Positions 37,080 to 48,739 of a stretch of DNA of 64,000 nucleotides are shown piece after piece. The translations under genes and the position numbers were made by a program. Every line of letters starts with the position of its first letter. Position 1 is the stretch's first letter. The notes under the pieces are model-generated. The model had not been told where the DNA came from, did no database searches, and saw nothing but the letters and a program-made list of their open reading frames with translations. The stretch is from Leucoraja erinacea (taxonomy: Eukaryota). Location of the stretch: NCBI RefSeq assembly GCF_028641065.1, contig NC_073401.1, forward strand, positions 22,878,001 to 22,942,000, written 5' to 3'.

Positions 37080-39870
37080 TTGACAAATAGTATAAAGATA
37101 GAGTTAATGCGGAAGTGAGTACAGGAAAAGTTACATAAGACTCCCGAATTAATGTGAAGGAATGTTCGAGAAGGGAAAGAGAGTAAGGTCAGGGCGAATA
37201 GTGACCGGAGTGAGAGGGGAGGTGGATACCGAAGTCAAGGTGTTGTATTGCGCGAAGTTTAAGAAATAAAGTGGATGAGCTTGAGCCAGAAATGGACAAG
37301 TATGATGTTGTGGGAATTACAGAGACATGGATGCAAGAGGACCAGGGCTGGGAACTGAATATTCAATTATATACGTCCTAACGAAAAACAGACAGGTGGG
37401 CAGAGGGAGTGGGGTAGCTCTGTTGGTGGGGAATTAAATTCAGTCCCTTGCGGGGGGTGACATAGAATCAGTAAATGTAGAGTCAGTATGGATGGAACTG
37501 AGAAATAGTAAGGGTAAAAAGACCTTAATGAGTGTCATCTACAGGCCCCCAAACAATAGCCTGGATATAGGGTGCAGGTTTGAATCAAGAGTTAAAATTG
37601 GCATGTTGTAAAGGTTGTTATGGGAGATTTCAGCATGCAGGTGGACTGGGGAAATCAGGTTGGTTCTGAACCCCAAGAAAGGGAGTTAGTGGAGTGCCTC
37701 CCTGATGGATTTTTAGAGCAGCTTGTACTGGAGCCTATCAGGGAGAAGGCAATTGTGGATTTAATGTTGTGTAATGAACCGGATTTGATAAAGGAACACG
37801 AGGCAAAGGAGACATTAGGAGGTAGTGACCATAATATGATACGTTTTAATCTACAATTTGAGAGGGAGAAGGGTAAATCGGAGGTGTCAGTGTTACAGTT
37901 GAACAAAGGGGAATATGGAGACATGAAGGAGGAGTTGGCCAAGTTGACTGGAAAGATACCCTAGCAGGGATGACAGTGGAACAACAATGGTAGGTATTTC
38001 TGGATATAATACAGAAGGTGCAGGATCAGTTCATTCCAAGGAGGAAGAAAGATTCCAAGGGGAGTAAGAGGCGACCGTGGTGGACAAGGGAAGTTAGGGA
38101 ATGTATAAAAGAAAAGAAAAGTACAACATAGCAAAGATAAGTGGGAAGCCAGAGGATTGGGTAACTTTTAAAGAGCAACAGAAGATAACTAAAAAGGCAA
38201 TACATAGAGAAAATATGAGGTACGAAGGTAAGCTAGCCAGGAATATAAAGGAGGATAGTAAAAGCTTATTTAGGTATGTGAAGAGGGAAAAATTAGTTAA
38301 GACCAACGTTGGACCCTTGAAGACTGAACAGGGCGAATTTATTATAGGGAACAAGGAGATGGCAGACGAGTTGAACAGGTACTTTGGATCCTTCACTAAT
38401 GTAGATTAACCCTTATTAATCCATGTAGTGGATCATTCACAAACAACTATGGAGGGCACAAACAATCTTCCTGATATCGTAGTGGCCAGAGGAACCAGGC
38501 TGATGGAGGAACTGAAGGAAATTCACGTTAGGCAGGAAATGGTGTTGTTGGGACTGAAGGCTGATAAATCCCCAGGGCCAGATGGTCTGCATCCCAGGGT
38601 ACTTAAGTGGCTCTAGGGATCGTGGATGCATTGGTGATCATTTTCCAATGTTCTATAGAAAGGATCAGTTCATGTGGATTGGAGGGTAGCTAATGTTATC
38701 CCACTTTTTAAGAGAGAAAACAGGGAATTATAGTCCAGTTAGCCTGACATCGGTGGTGGGGAAGATGCTGGATTCAATTATAAAAGATGAAATAGCAGCA
38801 CATTTGGATCGCAGTAGCAGGATCGGTCCGAGTCAGCATAGATTTACGAAGGGGAAATCATGCCTGACTAATCTTCTGGATTTTTTTGCGGATGTAACTG
38901 GGAAAATGGTCAAGGGAGATTCAGTGGATGTAGTGTACCTGGACTTTCAGAAAACATTTGATAAGGTCCCACATAGGAGATTAGTGGACAAAATTAGAGC
39001 ACATGGTATTGGGGGAAGGGTGCTGACATGGATAGAAAATTGGTTGGCAGGCAGGAAACAAAGAGTAGGGATTAACGGGTCCCTTTCAGAATGGTAGGCA
39101 GTGACTTGTGGGGTACCGCAAGGCTAGGTGCTGGGACCGCAGCTATTTACAATATATATTAATGATTTAGATGAAGGGATTGAAAGTATCATTAGCAAAT
39201 TTGCAGATGACACAAAGCTGGTTGGCAGTGTGAACTGTGAGGAGGATGCTATGAGGATGCAGAGTGACTGGGACAAGTTGGGTGAGTGGGCAGATGCATG
39301 GCAGATGCAGTTTAATGTGGATAGATGTGAGGTGGCATGACAGGAAGGCAGATTATTGTCTAAATGGTGTCAAGTTGGGAAAAGGGGATGTACAATGGGA
39401 TCTGGGGTCCTTGTTCATAAATCAGTGAAAGCAAGCATGCAGGTACAGCAGGCAGCGAGAAAAGCGAATGACATGTTGGCCTTCATCACAAGAGGAGTTG
39501 AGTATAGCAACAAAGAGGTTCTTCTGCAGTTGTTCAGGGCCCTGTGCAGTTTTGGTGTCCAAATTTGAGGAAGGACATTCTTGCTATTGAGGGAGTTCAT
39601 TGTGGTAGTTGACGACTGTGTTTCCTCTCTGGTGGCTACCCACAATTTAGAATTAGGTGGAATGTGATCCACGTTGGCGCATGTTGATTAATTTGATAAC
39701 CATGCATTGATATATGTTTTGATACCAACTATATGCACAAATTCATAGGTGTCAGAGGTTATGGGGAGAAGGTAGTAGAATGGGGTAAGGGGAGAGTGAT
39801 AGATTAGCCACGATTGAATGGTCGAGTAGACTTGATGGGCCGAATGGCCCAATTGGACTCCTATTCCTTA
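37080..39870 (+). mobile_element. Long degenerate CR1 LINE (APE endonuclease plus RT, many stops and frameshifts)
   Basis: GITETW, IYRPP, MGDFS, GSDHNMI; SPGPDGLHPRVLK, YLDFQKTFDKVPH, FADDTK. Confidence 0.92.
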
Positions 39871-40623
39871 TTAAATGACCAAATTCGAAATATCTTGATG
39901 GGATTCATTTTCACATTCTAACACCTCTACGCATGACATTGCTGAACAATTAATTTCTAGGTTTTTCACTACCTAACCTACAGAATTCCTTTCTCTTAAA
40001 TAATTAAAGTAGATTAATTTCGTAAGGTTTGGATTCATTACATTCAATCAACGTGCGTGTACTGTCATTCGTGGTCAATGTATCACTTTGTAGTTATTTT
40101 ACATGAAGCTGACGAAGGGTCTGATGGAGGGTCTTAACCCAAAACGTCACCCATTCCTTCTCTCCAGAAACGTTGCCTGTCCCGCTGAGTTAATCGAGCA
40201 TTTATGTCTACCGATAATAATGAGTTCCTCTTTCTTTGGTGTCACCCACAATAGACAATAGACAATAGGTGCAGGAGTAGGCCAGGAGTAAGTAAATTTT
40301 CCACTTGAATAACTTAAATAACAAAAGCTCTCAGCAGAATGATTGAAAATAAATGTCAATAATTCCACATTAATGGGAGGTCCCATATATGGACATCCGG
40401 GTGACAGCTTGATGTTTTCATGCTTCGATTCCAGATTTGACAACGACATGGATGGGAGTGTTCGCAGGTCAGAGAACAACCCAATCCATCCCGCTCTCCT
40501 TCTTATTTCCTCGTGATCTATTCGCCCACAATGTCAATTAATGCTCCTCCATTAACTGAAAGTTACAGTGGCCAATTAGCACGACCCTGGGGTTTGTTGA
40601 GAAATTGGAGCTCACGGGGGGAT

Positions 40624-40668
<45 letters not shown>

Positions 40669-41940
40669 GGGGGGGGGGGGGGGGGGGGGGACCCACACAT
40701 CACATCGCACGCATCATAATCTTCAAGGATCAGCTTCTATCAAGCTCGTTTCGGGGACAGTTTTGGCCGTTCAAAATGCCCTTCCAAGTCCATTAAGCAC
40801 ACAGGGACCCCACTCAAAAATCCTGGGACCGCAGACGATTTATTAATTCTCCACGGTCAAATCCACATGCTATTATTTTGCTGACTGACTTAATCCGTTT
40901 GTTTCTTGTTTTCACCCAGTTTATTCCCCATCGTAACGTTTTACGATCTGCGCCTCTCCTGACTGGAATGGAACTCCGCTTAACCAGCCAATGAGCAAAC
41001 CCTGGATTATTGCATCCCGCCCCCTGCTTCCGATCTAACTGCTAGCCCATAGTTCATTCAATTTGATTTGACGGGCACCATCTCACCCATTGGGGAATCG
41101 TTTTTTTTTAATCGTCATAGTGACTATTATCGTCATAGTGACATATAGAAACATAGAAACATAGAAATTAGGTGCAGGAGTAGGCCATTCGGCCCTTCGA
41201 GCCTGCACCGCCATTCAATATGATCATGGCTGACATCTTATCATCATGGTGACATCTCAATGCTGAATCCTGTTATCAATCTCTTTTCCAGTGAAAACCA
41301 TCTCATTTATCCCTTCCTTTCGAATGTAAACTATCCCAGTGAGATAATATGTGTGGGGAAGAACTGCAGATGCTTGTTTAAACCGAAGATAGACACAAAA
41401 AGCTGGAGTAACTCAGCGGGACAGGCAGCATCTCTGGAGAGAATGAATGATTGACGTTTCGGGTCGAGACCCTTCTTGGTCACCCATTCCTTCTCTCCAG
41501 AGATGCTGCCGGTCCCGCTGAGTTACTACAGCTCTTTGTGTCTATCCCAGTTTGATACACGGCTGTGTATTTCCATAATTGATTAAATTATGAACTTTTA
41601 AACACAACTTTCTTTCTCCTACACCTTGTTCAACTGGTTCCATGTGCCCACCAACCCTCACTTTCTCCACTATCAGTTTCCGTAAATGCAGCCTCCCGTG
41701 TCTCTGCTCATTATCTTCCACCTTCTGTGTCTAAATCCACCCCCCTACCCCCCCCCCCCCCCCGGCCTATTTTCTCATTTTTGCTTCTCTCCCCACATCA
41801 GTCTCTATCACCCACCCACCAGCTGCTTTCTCCCGACTCTATCACTCCCCCTCTTTAACATGGCACCTTCTGCCCTTCTTAACTAATTCCACTTTTCACC
41901 AGCTAGCCCCGGTCTCACCCACGCTCTTAGCTCGTTATAG

Positions 41941-42420
41941 GCAACGACGCATGCTGTATGTAAAGGCGAATATCCTCTTGCGTAAATTTGGTGCGTGTGC
42001 AGATGTGGTGAAGATGTCGCTATTTAGAGCATACTGCACACCACTCTACACTGCGCACCTGTGGTCGAACTATTTAAAGACAAGTATGCAGAGACTAAAG
42101 GTGTCATATAACGGTGCCATGAGAACACTGCTAAGGCAACCTAGATGGTGTAGTGTCAGTAATATGTTTGTGGCTGCAGGAGTCAGTGCTTTAGAAGCTA
42201 TCCTAAGACACCACATGTATAAATTCATTTGCAGGATAAATGACTCTAAAAATGTGCTTATTGTGGCCTTGACAAACATAAGGGTTAGCACTACACGCTA
42301 CGAATCCCAGCTGTGGAGACACTGGTATCGTTGTCTCGTTGTAGGACATTGATCATCTTTTAATCTGGATTTTTAACTTAAGTATTGTGTTTAAAAAATA
42401 AATAAATTATGATGTTTTTA
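41941..42420 (+). mobile_element. Non-LTR retrotransposon ORF2 C-terminus from a lineage distinct from the local CR1 (L2/Daphne-like, clade uncertain)
   Basis: 133-aa ORF LYVKANILLRKF..CADVVKMSLFRAYCTPLY..LW..LKVSYN..R.LL resembles non-LTR RT C-terminal regions; AT-rich 3' tail. Confidence 0.6.
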
Positions 42421-43412
42421 TATTTATAAGATTTTATATGCATTTATAATATTTGATATGCAATGCATTTTTAATGTAATGTTGCCCCTTGTCTAACCAG
42501 CTTTTAAATGTGAGACCAGGTCTTTGACAAAAAAAATAACCACGGTTCACGGAAGTACGTAGCAAGGAACTACAAATACTGGTTTACACTGAAGATACAC
42601 ACAAAGCTACACAGAAATGCTGGAGAAACTCAGCGGGCGCAGCAGCATCTATGGAGCGAAGGAGATAGGCAACGTTTCGGGCCGAAACACTTCTTCAGAC
42701 TTCAGATTTTGGCCCGAAACGTTCCCTATCTCCTTCGATCCATAGATGCTGCTGCACCCGCTGAGTTTCTCCAGCATTTTTGTGTACCTTCAATTTTCCA
42801 GCATCTGCAGTTCTTTCTTAAACAGATAGACACAAATATTGGTGTAAATCGGGACAGGCATAATCTCTGGATAGAAGGAATGGGTGACCCTTCTTCACAC
42901 TGAAGGGCAGTCCATATATCCAGCGATGCTGCCTGTCCCGCTGAGTTACTCCAGCATTTCGTCTTTATCTTCAGTGTACACCAGTATATGTAGTTCCTTT
43001 CATAGCCATTCATTGTTCTTCCCGCCGTAACCCACCTAGAATTACTTTAAAAAGACAAACTTGGATTAGTTTAATTAGGCGCCATGGCCTGAAAACAAAA
43101 CCATGGCGAATAAAATCTTCGTGTACTGCATCGTTTCCGTCCTAACTGTTGTAAAGTTAATTTGCTGAAGTTAAAACTTTTGCTCAGCATATTTACTAAT
43201 GTATTAATGCATATTTATGATATCATTGTTTTGGTACAAAATAGTCGAGCAATGCAGGGCGATAAATGAGACATTATTGCTCTCCTCTCCTTATTAAATT
43301 ACATTGTGCATTTTCTGTGACTGAAAAAAATCTATAAAAGAAAACAGACATGTAATCTCTGTGCGTGAATTTTATTTCAAAATGTATCAATTCAAGACAT
43401 CATATTTTTGAA

Positions 43413-43735
43413 TCAAGCACAACCAGATCTGGCGATGTTTGTCTCCAGTGGGTTTGTCTGAGTCTCGTGTTTAACCACACAGGAGTAAAGCTCGTGTGAG
43501 TTCCAGTAGGCGGCTGGCAGAGTCAGGTAACTGCTGGTACTGAACGTGTTGTCCTGATCCTGCTGGGTTCGGCCTGTGTCGACGCCATCACTTCTCGCAC
43601 TGCCGTCCACCGTCCACTCAATGTCCACAACGCCCGGGTTGAACCCGTTCACCAAACAAACCAGAGTGGCGGTGCCCTTTCCCGCGATTTCTTCCTCTGA
43701 AGGCCGAAGGACTGACACCGCGGGGGGCTGGGGAT
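43413..43735 (-). CDS. IgL cluster 2 constant exon
   Basis: 323-nt exon, acceptor ttttccag; AATAAA on the - strand at 43371-43376. Confidence 0.96.
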
Positions 43736-46700
43736 CTGGAAAATGGAAAGAAGTACAGCATAATGGATTATTAAAGCTGACCTTCCGAATCAAGTGTTTT
43801 TTGTTTTTTTTTTGCTTCCCCGGGTTCCAGATATAGATTGTTTGCCGTGTGAGGGAGAATTGAGTAGACGGGGATGCAATCTCTGGATTTCAGAGCACCG
43901 AAACAGGCAAACTCTTTTGATGTCTTGAAAGATTGCATGCAGCGAGAACATTTCCCCCAGCACCCGAGAGAACAGATTCAGAATATCTTTCAAAGGTAGA
44001 CAAAAATGCTGGAGAAACCCAGCGGCTGAGGCAGTATCTCTGGAGCGAAGGAAATATGCGACGTTTCGGGTCGAGACCCTTCTTTAGACTGAAGAATGTC
44101 TGAAGAAGGGTCTCGAACCGAAACGTCACCTATTCCTTCGCTCCATAGATGCTGCATCACCCGCTGCGTTTCTCCAGCATTTGTGTCTACCTTCGATGTT
44201 TCCAGCATCTGCAGTTCTTTCTTAAACAGAATATCTTTCAGGCCGTTTAGGGTTAATATGAACCGAGTATCTTCGGAGCCAACTGGAAGTATTGTGTAGT
44301 CTACTCCTGACACCGTGTATTATGTTTTTATTTCTATTACTACTTTACAATTAATCTAAACACGTGAAAATGTCTGTGCAACAGAAGATCATTACTACAG
44401 TTTGTCCAAAGTCTGGAAACAATTCACAAATGTAAGAATAAATCAACGATTTTCGGTAGATATTTTGGAAAGAGACACTCCCGTAAATACGCTGTGTTCC
44501 ATTCAATGTTCATCCTATTTACATCCTTAGGGTTGAAAAAATAATTCGGACAATCTTGATGTTTTCGATGTAAAATGAGTGATTCAGGAGGGGTGGGAGA
44601 AGGTGGGGTCGGTCAGAGGAATCAACATTGATTAAAGCGGGACTCTGACAATGAAATGCGTTGGGCTCGTTTCATTCCATCCTTGAAATTATAAGCAGCG
44701 AGATTTGCAGTTTCGCCACCAAACTCAAAATATTTCAGTGTTACCAATTCAGATAATTTCCGCTACAACTTAACCCCCCACCTCCTTCGCCACTTCAATT
44801 GTTTACAGTTTTGCACTATTTCTGATGGACGTGTCAAAGTTATATCAGGCTACCGCTGGGGCGTCGGGATGTTCACTCCCTCAACCAACCTACTCGCATT
44901 GACCAAGATCCCAGCCGGTTCACAGGAAGACAAATTCAAAAGTCCGCTAAACAACTTCATCCTCCTCGTGATACATACACATGGGCAAGGTCATGGGTGC
45001 TAAAGTCACACAATGTGCAAGTTCATTAAATGCATTTTCCAACAAATAACGACTGTTATTATGAATCAATGTTTACCGTTACACCAAGCCGAAGAAGACA
45101 TTTCAGTTCGAAAGAAATGTCACTAGATGTATCCAGGCCAAAACCTTAATGCCTTTGGATACTGTGGTTGTGAAACGTAATATATCAATGCAAATTCCCT
45201 CCTAAATAAAATCCATTGGCTTCTCAAGGAATGAAGTGAGACTGCTGAAGCCAGTTCGCCAAACTCTATTGAGTAAAACACAAAATGCTGGAGGAAATCG
45301 GAGGATCAGGCAACATCTTGGAAGGGAATGAACAGGTTCATTCGCTTCACAGCTGCTGACTGACCCACTGTGCCCCCAGCACTTTGTGTTTTATTCAGGA
45401 TTTAAGCATCTGCAGTTATTGTACGGCCCTTCCCTTGCTATCTTAAAACACAGTTCACGCGGTCCTCGTTTCAATAGCACTAAATGCTGCTAATACCGGC
45501 GCACCAAAAGGGATTGCTTTTGACAAGCTCCTGAAAAAGCACCCATTTTTAAATTTAAAATCTTTAAATTGTTTTCTGTAATTGCCGAGTTGGATATCAG
45601 ATGCATCCGCTGCAAATTGTACGGGTGCTGATACAATGGAGGGACTGCAACCTTCATTCACAAATTAATTCCTGAGTTACGGAGGTTGCACTACAAAGAG
45701 AAGTTACACTGGCCGGGACTGCACTCTGAAAACAGGGACAATATCATAAATATTTCCTATTGTCTTTGACAGTTTTAGATACCGGGATGCCGGTTCTAGG
45801 CTTGGAATTCTAGAAGGGACGGGACGGTGTCAAGACTCAGGTTACAATAAATTTAGTTATTAGATGGCGCTGAATCATTTGGAATCTCAACCCAAGAGCG
45901 CTGTTGGAGCCCATGCGCCGGCTATGTGTAGCGTAGAGGTAACGTTATGGGCTTCAACGCATGTTCTATTTGAATGTTCTATTTGTTGAGACTTGCAACA
46001 ATTTCATACACCAACCCCTGCAACGTCAATCGGAAAATGCTCACCATAGTATTTGCTGTGAAATAAAATGCGACGTGTACAGGTTTTATAATTACGTTTT
46101 TGGTATTTGCTGACAATGAGTTTTAGCACGGGAGTCAATTCAAAATGTATTTCCTCGTCGAACTTCACGGCGAAGATCCTCACAGGACATTGCTAAACAA
46201 ACAATCAAACAATTGTCTACATTCATCGGTGCGTCAGTTTTGGCTTCGATATTGACACAGCTAATTTGTTTTTGAATCTATCACACATACCTATGCTACA
46301 TCCAGACTTAACCATTCCCGTCTCCTCTCAAAGTTGAAACGCTCGGTAAGAGGATCATCTAATAAGTGACTCCGAGATCTGCTCCAACATTTTAACACGC
46401 AAACATGGAGACTGCAGATGCTGCAATCTAAAGCAAACAAAAGCAAACTGGTGGACGAGCTGAGTGGACCAGGTACCATCTGTGTACGTAACACGTTGGA
46501 GTTAGGACATTGTCACGATACTGGGTCTCAACCTGAAATGCCTCCACAGGTGCTGCCTAACTCGCTGAGCTAGTTTGTTTATTTGCCCCAGGTTTTTTGT
46601 CACGCTACGCAAATGGAAGTGCAGTCCGTTTTCTTTAAATCTCACCGGAGGCTATTCACGTACCCTGTATTAATACATTATAATGGCATCAGTTTCCGTT

Positions 46701-47324
46701 TATATTCACAAAGCAAATTGCGGGTTTGTTTTATTCGCTTCCGTATTATTGCAAGAATTGGAGGTTGAACGTTTTGAAAATCGGTTAAAATTGAAAGCTG
46801 GTGATTAGTCAAAAGCCGTTTTTCAGATAGCCATTATTTTACTTACTGCTCAGATTCAGCTTGGTTCCTTTCCCGAATGTAATTACAGATGTTGCTACTG
46901 CACAGTAATAATCAGCGACATCCTCAGCTCGCACGTTGGTGATGGTCAGGTGCATTATATTGTTCGGATCATCCACGGTACCGGTGAATCGATCTGGAAT
47001 TCCAGAAGCTCTGGTGCTCTCATACCACACAAGGACCGGTGCGCTGCCGGTCTTTTGCCAATACCAGCTAGTGACGTAGCTGCGCATCTGGGCTCCTGAG
47101 AGGGTACAAGTCATCTTGACCGTTTTCCCCAGAGAAGTCGAGATGGACGTAGGGTCCTGAGTCAACAAAATCTCTGCGATTGAAGCTGGTGAAATAACAA
47201 ATTAATATTTGTAAACATACAATCTATCAGCAGAATGCAAAGAGCAGCTGCCTGGTGATTAGGTTTTCTACTTACTATGGAAGCAGAACACGAACGCGGC
47301 CAAAACTCGAATCCATTCAGACAT
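43413..47324 (-). CDS. Ig light chain cluster 2 (type II/lambda-like), complete: leader 47324-47276, germline-joined VJ 47185-46847, C 43735-43413
   Basis: Open spliced frame MSEWIRVLAAFVFCFHTSIA-EILLTQDP..C..SWYWQK..DYYC-AVATSVIT-FGKGTKLNLS-NPQPPAVSVLRPS..ATLVCLV..YSCVVKHE..RSGCA*. Confidence 0.93.
43993..44226. mobile_element. Palindromic non-autonomous Penelope-derived element with a 14-bp target-site duplication
   Basis: Inverted arms at about 43993-44089 and 44098-44193, flanked by CAGAATATCTTTCA at 43979-43992 and 44227-44240; many related copies in the window. Confidence 0.75.
44094..44135 (+). ncRNA. Minimal type I hammerhead ribozyme motif (Penelope-associated)
   Basis: CTGAAGA-A-GGGT CTCG AACC-GAAA-C-GTC; intact catalytic core with a palindromic loopless stem III (ACGT). 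Confidence 0.55.
46847..47185 (-). CDS. IgL cluster 2 germline-joined V-J exon
   Basis: V-set domain continuous with FGKGTKL; acceptor ttcaccag and donor gtaag. Confidence 0.95.
47276..47324 (-). CDS. IgL cluster 2 leader exon (MSEWIRVLAAFVFCFH)
   Basis: 49-nt exon, accATG, donor gtaag. Confidence 0.88.
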
Positions 47325-47400
47325 GGTGAAGGAGGTGGCGAGGGTCAGAATCTAAACGTTTTCCGACAGAGGTCCGTTTCTGGTTCTTGAGAAATCTCCC

Positions 47401-47467
47401 CTTAAGAACTCCTCGACATCACAACGTCACCGAGTTTTAATTATTCATGCAAATCACTATCCACGTG
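47401..47467 (-). promoter_or_regulatory. IgL cluster 2 V promoter: CACGTG (47462-47467), octamer ATTTGCAT (47447-47454), TGACGT (47424-47429), TATA-like TTCTTAAG (47401-47408)
   Basis: Same motifs and same internal spacing as cluster 1. Confidence 0.85.
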
Positions 47468-48739
47468 ACATCGAATTACTGGATCATTGTGGAGCGATAT
47501 TGACAAATCATCGGGCTTTTTTCTGTGCTTGAGCGTAGGGTAGAGAGGGGGGGGGGGGGGGGGGGGGGGGGGGTATAGTTAGAATCATAGAGGAGAACAG
47601 AAGAATAGCAAACTGCATGGCCAGATGTAGGAACTGCTTTGTAGTCAGTGGTTAGGCAGGCAGATATATTTTGTGCAGAAACAGAAAATACTAGGGATGC
47701 TCAACACCTCAGAGAATACACGTGAAGGGAAAAAGGACGTGACCTTTTGTTAAGTCAATAAAGCTTCACCAAAACCAAAGAAACCAGCTCTTCACAGATG
47801 CTACCGAGTGTCACCTCCAAATACTGTTTTTGTTTCAGATTTCCAATTTTCAACTTCGTATTTTTGATTCCGAGCTGGAAGGAATGAAAAAAAAACGTTG
47901 AAGATTTTACGAAGATTTTTGAAATTAATTTTAGCCTTAATTTGTGGAAACTTTATAAACCATTATTTTCTTTGCTGTGTTACCCATACAGATAACATGC
48001 TATGAATCGTGCAGGTTTTCGATGGCGCCGCATAAGCTTTGCGGCAAACCATCATATACTTTGTGCTTGGAGAGTTTAAGCTCCAAAACAGTTCTCAATG
48101 TGTATGTGTATATTTGTAGGTTATAATACTGTGTGACGAGCTAACAATTCAGAGGACGCTCTCGCCATTTCCGTATTCATCGACATAGGACAGAAAGCAT
48201 TAATACTTCAATTGTCAACTCGAAATGTTCGGGACAGATTGATGGAGAAGGGAAAAGAAATCGCGGAGTATCATTGCAATGAAGATATGTGAAAGACAAT
48301 TGCGTTTTGCACAATTACATGAAAACACGATAAATCCTTGAAACGCATTTGACAAAACAAAAGGCCCATTGAAGGATTTATCATTGTGGGCAATAATATA
48401 GTGAAACATATTTCTGAATGGGCAAAACAACAAATCAGAAAATAAGGACACTTGGAAACTTTGGAGTTAAATTGGCGCAATTGGGTAGGCTGAGATCATT
48501 GTCGAGAAATTACAGAGTTTAGAAAAATGAGTCATATAGTCATAGAAGGCTACAGTGTGGAAACAGGCCCTTCGGCCCAACTTGCACACACCAGCTAACA
48601 ATGCCCCAGCTACACTAGTCCTACTTGCCTGCGCTTGGTCCATATCCCTCCAAACCTGTCCGATCAATGTACATGTCTAACAATTTCTTAAACCAGTCTG
48701 GCCCGTGAGGTCATTCTGAGGAGTGGATAGGCACATAGA

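Noticed and set aside
40373-40515. Short frame MGGPIYGHPGDSLMFSC resembling an Ig A'/B strand, containing a CArG box CCATATATGG
   Set aside because: It has no in-frame Trp or second Cys, no good splice sites, and only a single isolated motif.
45855-45873. Partial CTCF-like TAGATGGCGCTG in the cluster 2 J-C intron
   Set aside because: The 5' half of the motif is missing and there is no counterpart in cluster 1.
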